Source: the human T2T-CHM13v2.0 reference genome, Homo sapiens
Reading direction: 5' to 3' (one strand)
Length of the DNA: 64,000 bases
Assembly (NCBI RefSeq): GCF_009914755.1
Contig: NC_060940.1
Shown here: piece by piece, positions 1-12,374 of the stretch
Position numbering within the stretch: the first letter of the stretch is position 1
Layout: every line of letters starts with the position of its first letter
The notes under the pieces: generated by a model
Databases searched by the model: none
What the model was told of the DNA's origin: nothing
The model's input: only the letters and a program-made list of their open reading frames with translations
Made by a program: the position numbers and the translations under genes

Positions 1-59
1 CTTCCAACCATGGCCCTCATATTGAATTCACCATCCTCTCTCATCCTGCATTTAAGCCC

Positions 60-475
60 TGCAACGGGCTAGCTTGTGTCTTCCCAAAATCTATATGTGG
101 AAGTCCTAACACCCAGTACCTCAAAATGGGACTGTGTTTGGACACAGGGCCTTTAAGGAGGTGATCAAGGCAAATGAGGTCATATGGGTGAGCCCTAATA
201 CGATATGACTGCTGTTCCCATAAGAAGAGATTAGGACGCCGACAAGCACAGAGGAAAGACCACATGAGGACGTGGGGAGAAGACGGCATCTACAAGCCAA
301 GGAGAGAGGCCTCAGAAGAAACTGGTCCTGCTGATTTTGGCCTTCCAGCCCCCAGAACTGGAGGAAAATAAATTTCTGTTGCTTAAGTCACATAAATTTG
401 TAGTAGTAATTTGTAGTAGTACAAATTACTACAGTCTGTAGTAATTTGTTGTGGCTGTCCCAGCAAACCAATATA
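60..475 (+). mobile_element. MaLR solo LTR, MLT1B-like
   Basis: Matches recalled MLT1B motifs: 'gaagtcctaacacccagtacctcaaaatg', 'catctacaagccaaggagagaggcctcagaagaaac', 'aataaatttctgttgcttaag', and ends 'gcaaaccaatata'. Confidence 0.85.
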
Positions 476-725
476 AGCCTTCCTCCCTACCAAAAAAACG
501 ACCTTAATCCAGATTAAGTTTATATAGTGAAGGCTCCTATTGAAAAAATGGGATCTAGGTGGACAAGTGTTACTGCAATGTTGAGGCCTGGGAGGAGCAC
601 ACGCCTTCCCAATGATCACCTTGGAGTGCAGTGATGAGTTCTAACGGTGTTTTCGCAAAGGGTGGTATATACACCGGTGGTACAGAAAATGAGGTTAACA
701 GTTACACGGATGAGCATGATGTATA

Positions 726-1363
726 CAGTAGGCCCTCTCTATATTCATGAATTCCGCATTTGTGGCTTCAACCAACCAGGAATTGCATTGTACAGATTTT
801 ATTTAAATTAATTAATTAATTAATTTTTGAGACAGGATCTTGCTCTGTCACCCAGGCTGGAGTGCAGTAGCATGATCTTGGCTCACTGCAACCTCCACCT
901 CTTGGACTCAGGTAGATCTTCTCACCTCAGCTTCCTGAGTAGCTGGGACTACAGGTGGCAGTCAACACGCCTGGCTAATTTTTTGTAACTTCTTCTGGTA
1001 GAGATGGGGTTTCACCATGTTGCCCAGGCTGGTCTGTCTTTAACTCCTGGACTCAAGCAATCTGCCCGCCTTGGCCTCCCAAAGTGCTAGGATTACAAGT
1101 GTGAGCCACCATGCCCAGCCTGTACAGATTTTATATCTTGTCAGTACTGTAAAAAACACAGTATAATAGTTATTTATATAGCATTTACATTATATTAGGT
1201 ATTATGAGTAATCTAGAGATGATTTAAACTATGTAGGAGGATGTGCATAGGTCATATGCAGATCCTACACCATTTTATACAGGGACTTGTGCATCTGCAG
1301 ATTTTAGTGTCTGCAGGGGGTCAGGAGTGCCCTGGAACCAATACCCTCTGTGGAATGACTATG
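726..1363 (-). mobile_element. MER2 (Tigger/pogo-family MITE), interrupted by an Alu
   Basis: 'agcatttacattatattaggtattatgagtaatctagagatgatttaaa...ctggaaccaataccc' is the MER2 reverse complement. TA lies at 724-725. Confidence 0.85.
803..1120 (-). mobile_element. Alu (AluJ-like)
   Basis: Dimeric Alu with perfect 14-bp TSD tgtacagattttat at 789-802 and 1121-1134. Confidence 0.95.
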
Positions 1364-1494
1364 TATATTTTAAATTAGAAAAAATATATTATTAACATAT
1401 CAAACCCATTCTTTTCATGGTTATTGTTTTTAATGAAGAGCTAAGTTAAAAAACAGGTAACTGATTTAAAGTTGATTTAAAAATTAGTTGGGTG

Positions 1495-1788
<294 letters not shown>

Positions 1789-2614
1789 TCAGTTGGGTGA
1801 TAAGTGAATATAGCAAAATATTCTTACAAATAACGAAGGTATATTCAAATGACTGACATCTGGGAAATGCTGAGCTAGGGCCTGATTGTGTTTCTGGGAG
1901 GATGAGTGTGTGTTGGCAGGGGCCCTTCCACGTGTACCCTCTTAACCTGCCACATGCCTGGTTATGGGTCTGAATGAACATTAATTTCAAAATGATTTGA
2001 TACAGTGTGATTGTACCTGCTCCAAACTTCTAATTCCAATATAGATTGAATTGCACAGTCCTTCACATTACAGAGGGAAAGAGGAAACAGGGCCAGGGGA
2101 AAAGGACATGGAATGTAAGAATGAGAATTACTATTTAATAAGGCAGCCCTTTGTGCAGGCACACACATGCAGAGAGAGAAAACTGTCCTGGTAAGATCAC
2201 TGGGAAATTAGAGAAGAGAAAATACAGGAGAATGGGGCCAGATGCCAAGCCCTTAGGATCCCTTGGCCCTTAACAATCAGCAAAGGGCTTAGATACTTGT
2301 CCTCTTGATTACTCTGAACTACATCTTGTAATTACCAACTTCAGTCAAGAAACACTAAACAGTTTATCCTTCAGAAGCTCCCTTCAAAATCCTCTTTGGC
2401 CTGGCTCCTGCCCTCATCATGCCATTAAACTGCCCTCTCAAAAGCCACCAGGGCTCTCGGTGATTGTCTCAAGTTTGCAAAAAAGGAGACCAGCGGTAGC
2501 CAAAGAGAAGCTATATCCTTAACTACCGCTGCTCAGCTGGCTGGGGGCAAAGCTGAGGGCCTCTTGTTTCCTTAGTCTAGGGATTATTGCTACATAGAAT
2601 TTATTATTATTACT

Positions 2615-3435
2615 ATTATTATTTTAATCAAAAAATGACATATTGTGTAGATTTTTGGTATACATTGTGAAACTTTGATATATGTATACTTTGTGGAATA
2701 ATTAAATCAAACTAATTAATGTATCCATCACCCCACACACTTATTTTTATGAGAACATTTAAAATTTACTCTTAGCAATTTTCAAGTATAGAATACATTA
2801 TTATTTACTATAGTCATCATGCTGCACAATAGATCTCCAGAATTTATTCCTCCTGTCTAAATGAAATTTTAGGTCCTTTAACCAATATCTCTTCATTGTT
2901 TCCTCCTCATCTCCAGCCCCTGATAACCACCAATCTACTCTCTGCTTCTAAGAGTTCAATTTTTTTTTTTTATTCCACATCCTAAGTGAGATCATGCAGT
3001 ATTTGCCTTTCTGTGCCTGGCTTATTTCACCTAGCATAATGTTCTCTAGGTTCATCTACGTTGTCACAAATGACAAGATAGCCTTCTCTTATAAGGATGG
3101 ATAGTATTCCATTGCATATATATGCCAGATTTTCTTTAACCATTCATTAGCCGATGGATGCTTACATAGATTTTATATTTTGGCTATTGTAATAATGCTG
3201 CAATGAACACAGAAGTGCAGATATCTCTTTGATATACTGATTTCATTTTATTTGGATTTATAACTAATAGCAGGATTGCTGGATCATATAGTTGTTCTAT
3301 TTTTAATTTTTCTAGGAGCCTCCATACTGTTTTCTGCTATACATTTCCACCAACAGTGTGCAGGGGTTCTCATATCTCCACATCCTCACCTATACTTGTT
3401 ACCTTTTATCTTTTTGATAACAGCCACTCTGACAG
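2615..3435 (-). mobile_element. L1MA-type LINE-1 3' UTR / ORF2 C-terminal fragment
   Basis: L1MA-style 3' end ('gatatatgtatactttgtggaataattaaatcaaactaattaatgtatccatcacc') and 'ctgtgcctggcttatttcac' L1 motifs. Confidence 0.85.
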
Positions 3436-4010
3436 GAGATGAAACATCGCTTTGCCAGTACAATCCTGAAGACAAATCACAATCAAAGCAATGGCTACTA
3501 AGAGGTGGAAGTGGCCCAGTCAAAACAAAAGCAGCCTGGTCAAGAACAAAGGTCATGGCAACAGTTTTTTGGTTGCTTGACACATTTTCCTTCTTGTCTT
3601 TCTAGGGGCAAAGAATGATAACATATGCCTATTATGAGAGTGCTTTGAGGAAGTTAGCTAGCAGAAAGATGCTTGACAAAGCCTCACCAGAGAGTCCTTC
3701 ACCACGACAATGCCCCTGCTCATTCCTCTCATCCAACAAGGGCAGTTTTGTGACAGTTTCAATTGGAAATCATCAGGCATCCACCTTACAGTCCTGATTT
3801 GGTTCCTTTTGATTTTTTTGTTTCCTAATCTTAAAAAAAATCTTTCAAGAGCACACATTGTTTTCAGTTAATAATGTAAAAAAAACTGCATTGACATGGT
3901 TCAATTCCTAGGACTCTTAGTTCTTTAGGGATGGACTAAAATTTAGCTGGTATCATTGCATACAAAAGTGTCTTGAACTTGATAGAGCTTATGTTGAGAA
4001 ATACAGTTTC
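3432..4010 (+). mobile_element. HSMAR2 mariner transposase, 3' half (decayed)
   Basis: Encodes mariner motifs TGDET...QYNPEDKSQSKQWL..GGSGPVK.K..WSR.KVMATVFW. HDNAPAH is seen as 'cacgacaatgcccctgctcat' and HPPYSPDL as 'catccaccttacagtcctgattt'. Frameshifted. Confidence 0.92.
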
Positions 4011-6317
4011 CAGTTTAATTTTTTAGATTTACATTATTTTACATTTTAATTGACAAATAATAATTGTACATATTCATGGAGTACATAGTGTTGTTTCCAT
4101 ACATGTAATATATAGTGATCAGATCAGGGTAGTTAGCATATCCATCACTCAAATATATATCATTCCTTTGTGTTGGGAATGTTCAATATCTTCCTTCTAG
4201 CTGTTTGGGAAAAAAAATCTCTCTCTCTCTCTCTCTCTCTAACTAGTCATTCTACAGTGGTGTAGAACACTATAATTTATTCCTGCTGTCTAGCTGGAAT
4301 TTTGTGTCCTTTAACAAATCTTTCCTTATCCTCCCTTTCTTCTACCCTTCTCAGACTCTAGTATCCTTTGTTCTACTTTTTACTTTTATGAGATCAACAT
4401 TTTTGTTTTTTAGCTTCCACATATGAGTGAGAACATGTGGTGTTTAATTAACTTTCTGTTCCTGGCTTATTTCACTTAACGTAAAATCCTCCAGTTCCAC
4501 CTATTTGCTGCAAATGACAGTATTTTATTCTTTTTTATAGCTGAATAGCATTTCACTGTGTATGTTATATGTACTGCATTACCTTTATCCATTCATCTGT
4601 TGTTGGACACCTATGTTGATTCCATATCTTGGCTGTTATGAATGGTGTTGTAATAAACATGAGGGTGCAAATGTCTCTACGATATAATGATTTCCTTTTC
4701 TTTGGATAAATTCCCAGTAGTGGGATTGCTGGATTATATAATACCTCTAATTGCAGTTTTTTTGACGAGCCTCCATACTGTTTTCCATAATGACTGTAGT
4801 AGTTTACATTCCCACTGGGGTGAGATGATACATCATTGTGGCTTAGATTGGGATTTCCCTGATGGTTAGTGATGTTGAGCATTTTTAAGTATATTTGTTG
4901 GCCATTTATACATTTTCCTTTGAGAGACATCTATGCAGATCATTTGTCCATTTTTTTTGTTATTTTGCTTTTGAGATATTTGAGATATTTGAAAATTTGA
5001 GATATTTGAGATTTGTATATTCTGGATATTAATATGCTGTCAGATGAGTAGTTTGCTAACATTTTCTCCTATTCTGTTGTCTTTTCACTCTGTTGATTGT
5101 TTCCTTTGCTATGCAGAAACTCTTTTAGTTTAATGTAATCTCATTTGTATATTTTGCTTTTGTTGCCTGTGCTTTGAGTCTTATCTGTAAAATATTTTCT
5201 TAGACCAATGTCCTAAAGCATTTCCCCTATGTCTTTTTTTTCTAGTAGTTTTATCATTTTGGGTCTTACATTTAGGTCTTTGAACCATTTTAAGTTTTTT
5301 TGTTTAATACGGTGAGAAGTGGGGATCTAGTTTCATTTTTCTGCATATGGATATCCAGTTTTCCCAGCAGCATTTATTGAAGAGACTGTCCTTTTCCCAA
5401 TGAGTATTTAGACACCTTTGTCAAAAATCAGCTGGCTGTAGATACGTGGATTAATTTCTGAGTTCTGCATTCTGTTGCAATGGTCTATGTGTCTGTTTCT
5501 ATGCCAGTACCGTGCCGTTTTGGTTGCTACAGCCTTGTACTATATTTTGAGGTCTGATAATATATCTCCAGCCTTGTTCTTTTTGTTCAGGATTGTTTTG
5601 GCTATTTTGTGTCTTTTGTGGTTCTATATGCATTTTCAGATTAAAAAAAAATTTCTGTGAAGAATGTTCCTGGTATTTTGATAGGGATTGCATTAAATCT
5701 GTAGATTGCTTTGGATAGTGTTGTCATTTTAACAATATTAATTTTTCAATCCATGAGCACGGGATGTTTTTTCATTTGTTTGTATCCTCTTCAATTTCAT
5801 CAGTGTTTTGTGATTTTTCTTGTAAAGGTCTTTTACCTGTTGGTTAAATTGATTCCTAGGTATTCTAAATTTTTTGTAGCTGTTATAAATGAGATTGCCT
5901 TATTTCTTTTTCAGCTAGTTTGTTGTTTATGTATATAAATGCTGCTGATTTTTAAATATGAATTTTATATCTGCAACTTTACTGAATTTGTTGATCAGTT
6001 CTGGACTTTGGTGGTAGGGTCTAGGTTTTTCATATATAAGATCATGTTATATGCAAACAGTGACAATTTGATATCCTTTTTTCCAGTTTGGACGTCCTTT
6101 CTTTCTTTCTCTTGCCTAATTGTTCTGGGTGGGACTTCCAGTGCCAAGTTGAATAAGAATAGTGAGAGCGAGCATCCTTGTCTTGTTCCAGTTCTTAGAA
6201 GGAAAGCTTTCAGCCTTTTACCATTCAGTATTGGAATTGTCATAATGAACTTTATTATTTGTGGTACTTTCCTTCTATAACTAATTTATTACGAGTTTAT
6301 TATTATAAAGAGATATT

Positions 6318-6650
6318 GGCCGGGTGCGGCAGCTCACGCCTGTAATCTCAGCACTTTGGGAGGCCGAGGTGAGTGGATCACAAGGTCAGGAATTCAAGAC
6401 CAGCCTGGCCAACATGATAAACCCCATCTCTACTAAAAATACAAAAATTAGCCGGGCATGGTGGCATGCACCTGTAATCCCAGCTACTCAGGAGGCTGAG
6501 GCAGGAGAATTTTTTGAACCCAGGAGGAAGAGGTTGCAATGAGCCAAGATTGCATCATTGCACTCCAGCCTGGGTGACAAAGCAAGACTCCATCTACAAA
6601 AATAAATAAATAAATAAATAAAAAATAAAAAACAAACAAAAAACAAACTA
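6318..6650 (+). mobile_element. Alu (AluSg/Sc-like)
   Basis: Full Alu with (taaa)n/(caaa)n tail and TSD taaagagata[t/c]t. Confidence 0.95.
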
Positions 6651-7486
6651 AAGAGATACTGAATTTTGTCGTGAGCTTTTTCTGCATATATCGAGATGAT
6701 CATATGGCTTTGCCCTTCATTCTATTGGTGTGATGTATGATGTTTATTGATTTGCATATGTTGAACCATCCTTGCTTTCCTGGGATAAATCCAAGTTGGT
6801 CATGGTGTATTATCTTTTGGATGTATTGTTGGATTTGGTTTGATAGTATTTTGTTGAGGATTTTTGTGTCTATATTTATCAGGGATGTTGGTTTGTAGTT
6901 TTTTGTTGTTGTTGTTATGTTCTTTTCTAGTTTTGGTATCAGGGTTATATTGTCCTTGTAGAATAAGTTAAGAAAAATTCTTCTACAATTTTTTGGACTA
7001 GTTTAAAAATACTTGATATTAATTCTTTTTTAAATACTTGGCAGAATTCAGTAGTGAAATCACTACTTTTTATTCCTGATTCAATATCAATACTTGCTAT
7101 TGGTCTGTTCAGACTTTCTGTTTCTTCTTGGTTCAATCTTCATAGGTCATATGTGTCCCGGAATTCATCCAATTCCTCTTGGTTTTTGAATTTATTAGTA
7201 TATCATTCATAGTAGTCTCTTGATACTTTGTATTTCTGTGGTATATGTTATGATGTCTCCCTTTTCATTTCTAATTTTATTTATTTGAGTGTTCTCTCTT
7301 TTTTTCTTAGTCTCCTAATGGTTTGTTGCTTTCATCTTTTCAAAAAAACAGTTTTTTGTTTAACTGATCTATTTTTTTTAGTCTCAATTTTGTTTATTTC
7401 CTCTCTTATCTTTATTATTTCCTTTCTTCTAATTTTGGTTTGGTTTGTTCTTGCTTTTTTAGCTCCTTGATGTACATGATTAGATT

Positions 7487-7645
7487 GTTTTTCTTCTTGT
7501 TTGTTTGTTTGTTTGTTTTTGAGACAAGGTCTTGCTCTGTTGCCCTATGTTGCCCAGGGTAGTCTCAAGCTCCTGGGCTCAAGCAATCCCTTCATTCAGC
7601 CTCCCAAAGAGCTTGGGTTATAGGCATGAGCCACTGCAGCCGGGC
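7487..7645 (-). mobile_element. FLAM-type Alu left monomer
   Basis: Single monomer 'gagacaaggtcttg...ctcctgggctcaagcaatcc...gagccactgcagccggg' with (ttgt)n tail. Confidence 0.85.
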
Positions 7646-7949
7646 ATTAAGTTGTTCATTTGAAATCTTTTTGGTTTTTTGATGTAGGCACTTATTGCTA
7701 TAAACTTGCCTTATAATACTGCTTTTGATGTATTATGAAATTATGAATCCCATAGATTTTGTTGTTATGTTTCTATTTTTGCTTCAGGGAATTTTAAAAT
7801 TTCATTCTTAATTTCTTTTTTCACCCATTGGTCATTCAGAACCATGTTATTTAATATTCATGTATATCTATAGTTTCAAATGTTCCTTTTATTATTGATG
7901 TCTAGTTTTATTCCGTTGTGGTCAGGTAAAATACTTGATATAATTTTGA

Positions 7950-8241
7950 TTTTTTTTTTTGAGATGGAGTCTTGCTCTGTCACCCAGGCTACAGTGCAGT
8001 GGCATGATCTTGGCTCACCACACCCTCTCCCTCCTGGGTTCAAGTGATTCTCCTGCCTCAGCCTCCTGAGCAGCTGGGACTGCAGGCACATGCCACAACA
8101 CCTGGCTAATTTTTTGTATTTTTAGCAGAGACGGGGTTTCACCATGTTAGCCAGGATGGTCTTGATCTCCTGATCTCATGATCTGCCTGCCTTGGCCTCT
8201 GAGAGTGCTGGGATTACAGGCATGAGCCACCGTGCCAGGTC
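7950..8241 (-). mobile_element. Alu (AluSc/Y-like)
   Basis: Full Alu containing 'accatgttagccaggatggtcttgatctcctga'. Confidence 0.95.
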
Positions 8242-9520
8242 TTGATTTTTTTAAAAAAATTTGAGACTGCTTTGTGTCCTAATATATGGTTAATCCCTGA
8301 GAATGTTCCATATATTGATAAAAAGAATGTTTATAGCTGTTGGGAGAAATGTTCTTTAAATGTCTGTTATGTCCATTTGGTCTATTGTACAGTTTAAATG
8401 TAATGTTTCCTTGTTGTTTTTCTGTGTAGATGATCTGTCTAGTGCTGAGAAAGGGGTGCTAAAGTCTCCAACTATTATTGTATTGGAATTTAATCTCTTC
8501 CTTTAGATCTAATAATATTTGCTTTATATGTGTAGGTGCTCTGCTGTTGGGTGCAGATATATCTACAATTTTTATATTCTCTAGCTGAATTGATGCCTTT
8601 ATTATTATAGAATGTCTTTCCTTGTCTTTTTAAATAGCTTTTAATTTGAAGTCTGTTTTGTCTGATGTAAGCACAGCTACTTCTGCTCACTTTGGTTTCC
8701 ATTTGCACAGAATATCTTTTTCCATCCCTTCATTTTTAGTCTCTGTGTGTGTCTTTACGAGTTGAGTTTCTTGTAGGCAGCATGTATTTGGGTCTCATTT
8801 TAAAATCTACTCAACCAGCCTGTATCTTATAAATGGAGAATTTTATTTGTTTATATTTAGGGTTACTATTGATAGGTGAAGAGTTACTCCTATAATTTTA
8901 TTGACTGTTTTTTGATAGTCTTGTGTGTACTTTGTTCCTTACTTCCTCTCTTATTGTTTATATTTTTGGTTGGGTAATTTTCTGTAATGATAAAGTTTGA
9001 TTCTTTTTTCTTTTTCTTTTCTGTATTAGGTCTACCAGTGAATTTTGTATGTTCTCATGTTTTCATGTTGGTGGTTATCATCTTTTCACTTCCAGATTTA
9101 ATATTCCCTTGAACTTTTATTTCTAAGGCCAGTCTAGTGGTGATGAATTCCCTTAGTTTTTGCTTGTCTCTGAAATATTTTATTTCTCATTTTTTGAAGG
9201 AAAGCTTTGCTGGGTATAATATTCTTGAATTGCAGGTATTTTTGTTTTAGTACTTTGAATATATCATCCCATTCTCGCCTGGCTTGTAAGGTTTCAGCTG
9301 AGAAATTCACACTGTTAGTCTAATTAGGATTCCCTTATATATGACTTGACTTTTCTCTTGCTGCTTTTAGAATTCTTTCTTCATCTTTGATTTTTGACAT
9401 TTTGACTATAATGTGCCTCAGAAAGGTCTTGTTTCAGTTGAAGGTATTTAGGATTCTTTTAGCTTCTGGACCTGGATATCCATCTCTCTCCCAAGACCTG
9501 GGAAGATTTCTGCTATTATT

Positions 9521-9857
9521 TCCTTTCTTTCCTTCCTTCCTTCCTTCCCTCACTCCTTCCCTCCTTCCCTCCTTCTTTCTTTCCTTCCTTCCTCTTTCTT
9601 TCTTTCCTTCTTTCCCTCTTTATCTCTTCTTTCTTTCTCTCTTTCTTCTTTCTTTTTTTCTTTCTCTTTCCTTCCTTCCCTCCTTCTCTTTCTTCTTTCT
9701 TTCTCTCTTTCGTTCCTTTTTTCTTTCTTTCTTCCCTCCCTCCCTTCTTTCTTTCTTTCCTTCTTACCTTCTTTCCTTCTCTCTTTCTCTTTCTTTCTTT
9801 CCTTCCTTCCTTCGTTCTTTCTTTCCTTTCTTTTCTTTCTTTTTTCTTTCCTGCTTT
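9521..9857. repeat. ~340 bp polypyrimidine (CTTT/CCTT) low-complexity tract; expanded tail of the adjacent Alu
   Basis: Almost pure C/T on the + strand and directly abuts the 3' end of the minus-strand Alu. Confidence 0.95.
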
Positions 9858-10131
9858 CTGATTCTTGCTCCACCACCCACACTGGAGTGCAGGGGGATGA
9901 TCTTGGCTTACTGAAACCTTTGCCTCCTGGGCTCAAATGATCCTCTCACTTCAGCCCCAAATAGATGGGACTACAGGCATGTGCTGCCACTTCTGGCTAA
10001 TTTTTGCAATTTGGAGAGACAGAATTTTGCCATGTTTCCCAGGCTGGTTTCAAACTCCGGGCCTCAATCAATCCACCTGCCTTGACCTCCCAAAGTGCTG
10101 GGATTACAGGTGTGAGCCACCACACCTGGTC
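9858..10131 (-). mobile_element. Alu (AluJ-like)
   Basis: Diverged dimeric Alu with decayed TSD ctattatttc / ctactatttc. Confidence 0.9.
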
Positions 10132-10914
10132 CTACTATTTCATTAAACATGTTTTCCTCACTTTTTCCCTCTTCTCCCGGAATGCCCATAATATTAATAC
10201 TAATATTTATTCACTTAATGATGTCTCTTAAATATTGTAGGCTTTCTTCGTTCTTTAAAATTTTTTTTTTTGGTCTGCTTATGTTATGTCAAAAGATCTA
10301 TCTTCAAGTTCATAAATTCCTTCTTCTGCTTGGTCCAGTATGTTGTTTAAGCTCTCAATTGTATTTTTTATTTCATTCATTGAATTCTTCAGCTCAAGGT
10401 TTTGTTTGGTTATTTTTTATGATATCTATCTCTGTTGAATTTCTCATTAAAATCATGAATTGTTTTTCTGATTTCATTGAATTGTCTATCTGTATTCTTT
10501 TGTATCTCACTGAATTTTCTTAGGATTATTATTTTGAATTCTTTTTCTGGAATTTTATATATTTTCTTATGATTGCATTCTGTTACTGAGTTACTATTTC
10601 CCTTTGGAGGTGCCACGTTTCCTTGCTTTTTCACATTTGATGTGTCCCTATGTTGATTTCTATGCATCTGTTAGAAAAGCCACCTGTTCCAATTTTATGG
10701 AGCATGTTTTGTAGGGAAATACTTATTTGTATGAATGGGTCTTGAGGTGTCAGTTTGGTGGGGTGCATTGGTCTTTATTCTAGTTGGATGCAGTAGTGTA
10801 GTCTTTGTGTAGTTTCCTCAGCTGTAAGTCATACTAGTGGCATTTGGAGTTTCTCAGTGGCCTATACTGAGAGTTTGTGGTGACAGTGGTGTGACTTTGC
10901 CAAGGGTGGGCTCA

Positions 10915-11500
10915 CGGGGTTTCTCAGGTTGGGGTTGTGTGCACATGGTGGGCTGGCCAAGTTGGAGCCTGGCTTCCTGGGATTAGGGCCATGGGGCTGT
11001 TATTCTGGCCAGGAATATGGGCATACAGTTGTTCAGTCGACCTGGAGGTATGCCTGCCAGGAGGGGCCTGCAGGGCTGTTTCTCAGGTCTGGAATGCAGT
11101 TGGATGGCTGCTTAGCTGGCCTGGGTGTGTGTCTGCTGAGGGAGGCCCGTAGGACTATTTCTCAGGTCCAGGACATAGGCACACAGTTGCTCAGCTGGCC
11201 TCGGAACATTTCTATGGAGAGTGGCTCATGGGGCTGTTTTGTAGGCCTGGGATATGGGTATGGGGATCCTTATTTGGGCTGAGGGCATGTCTGCCTGGTC
11301 ATGGTCCACAGGGCTATTTCTCAGGTCTGGGTTGTGGGCTCTTGGAGGTTTGGTAGGCCTGGGGGTGTGCCCACCAGAGGTGGCCTGTGGGACTGTTTCT
11401 TAGGCCCTTATTGGGGGCACAGGGTATATCTGTGGGGCTTAATGGTGCTGTAGAGCTGTTTCTCAGGTCCTGGGCATGGATGTATAACCATTCCACTGGC
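10915..11500. repeat. Degenerate ~79-bp tandem array in the L1M 5'UTR
   Basis: Core 'g(g/a)ct(g/a)tttctcagg' recurs at about 10918, 10995, 11073, 11151, 11230, 11311, 11390 and 11453. Confidence 0.8.
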
Positions 11501-12320
11501 CTGGGGTCATGTAAGCTGCTCAGAGACCCAGCGGCCTCTTCTGCTTGGGGGAGGGTGTGCAGCAGTTTGGCTGGCTCAGAGGCAGGTTCGCCCTGGGCAG
11601 GACTGGCAGTCTGTTCCTCTGGCTGGAAGTGTGGTGTTGGGAGTTGCTTTCCCTGCTGTGCAAAACCAGAGTCACAGCCAGTCTTGGGCCAAAGTTCCAT
11701 GCAACTGAGGTTGTGGTGTTCAGCCATGTGAGTGGGTTTGGCATAATGAAGATGGAGCCCTAGTGCTGGAGAGGTGCAGTCTACCGGCCCCCAAGAGCAG
11801 GGTGCATTTCAGAGGAGCTCTGGTCTAGGTGCTGTGCTGCAGAAGCTTGGCTCACAGAGGATCAATGAAGGGTGGGGAATGCACACTGTGCTCCTAATCT
11901 GGGGCAATGTGCTATGTGAGCTCCTGGAAGCTCTCCAAACTGGGCTCATTGCTTTCAAAGACTGTGGGATTTTCCTGTAGTAAGAACTGTAGATATTTGT
12001 GGTGGCAATGGAAGCTGCTGGGCATATTCTGTTTACTTTTTCCCTGGAACAGGAAGGTTTTCTGACTCTAGGCAGATCTGATCCACGGTGGGGAGATGGG
12101 GCTTCAGAGGCCAGGTGCCTCCACACTGCCTTTCTGGACTTCCAGCCACCACAGGTGTATCTCCACTCCCCTGCTGTACTCCAGCACTCTCTTATTGACA
12201 CTCCATTGAAATCTTAATTGTTTGTTTGTTGCCTTGGGTCTTTCTTGTTGGTAGGACAAATGCCAGGCATCTCTAGTCAGCCATCTTGCTCCATACTCTT
12301 GGGACTTTGGATTGGGTTCT

Positions 12321-12374
12321 ATTTTTATCTTTTAATTCCATTTTTTTCCACAAACCTTTTGAAGTCATCACATA
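12321..12374 (+). mobile_element. HSMAR2 3' terminus / right TIR remnant
   Basis: 'tttttatcttttaattccatttttttccacaaaccttttgaagtcatcacata' resembles the recalled HSMAR2 end (...TTTTTATCTTTTAATTCCATTTTTCCACGAACTTTTTGAAGTCCCCTCG-TA). Confidence 0.75.

Larger units (their letters stand above)
4015..12310 (-). mobile_element. Near full-length L1MA-type LINE-1 (L1MA2-4-like), decayed, with four Alu/FLAM insertions
   Basis: Colinear 3'UTR (4015-4560), ORF2 remnants (ORFs 4565-4930, 5995-6243, 6945-7136), ORF1 remnant (10410-10667, '...PEKEFKIIILRKFSEIQKNTDRQFNEIRK') and a GC-richer 5'UTR ending near YY1-like 'gccatcttg' (~12280). Confidence 0.9.

Noticed and set aside
3276-3605. L1-mariner fusion ORF (SETMAR-like chimera)
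   Set aside because: The N-terminal half is antisense L1, the start is non-ATG, and the mariner part is frameshifted. It is a chance open frame across a deletion junction.
4970-5012. (ttgagatat)n micro-tandem; similar small duplications at ~12515-12555 and ~55480-55550
   Set aside because: These are local slippage products with no evidence of function.
9387-9936. 175-aa F/S/L-rich and 128-aa K/E/R-rich ORFs
   Set aside because: They are translation artefacts of the CT-rich microsatellite.
10915-11500. CRISPR-like repeat/spacer periodicity
   Set aside because: The DNA is primate, there are no cas genes, the repeats are degenerate, the spacers are mutually similar, and the array lies in an L1 5'UTR.
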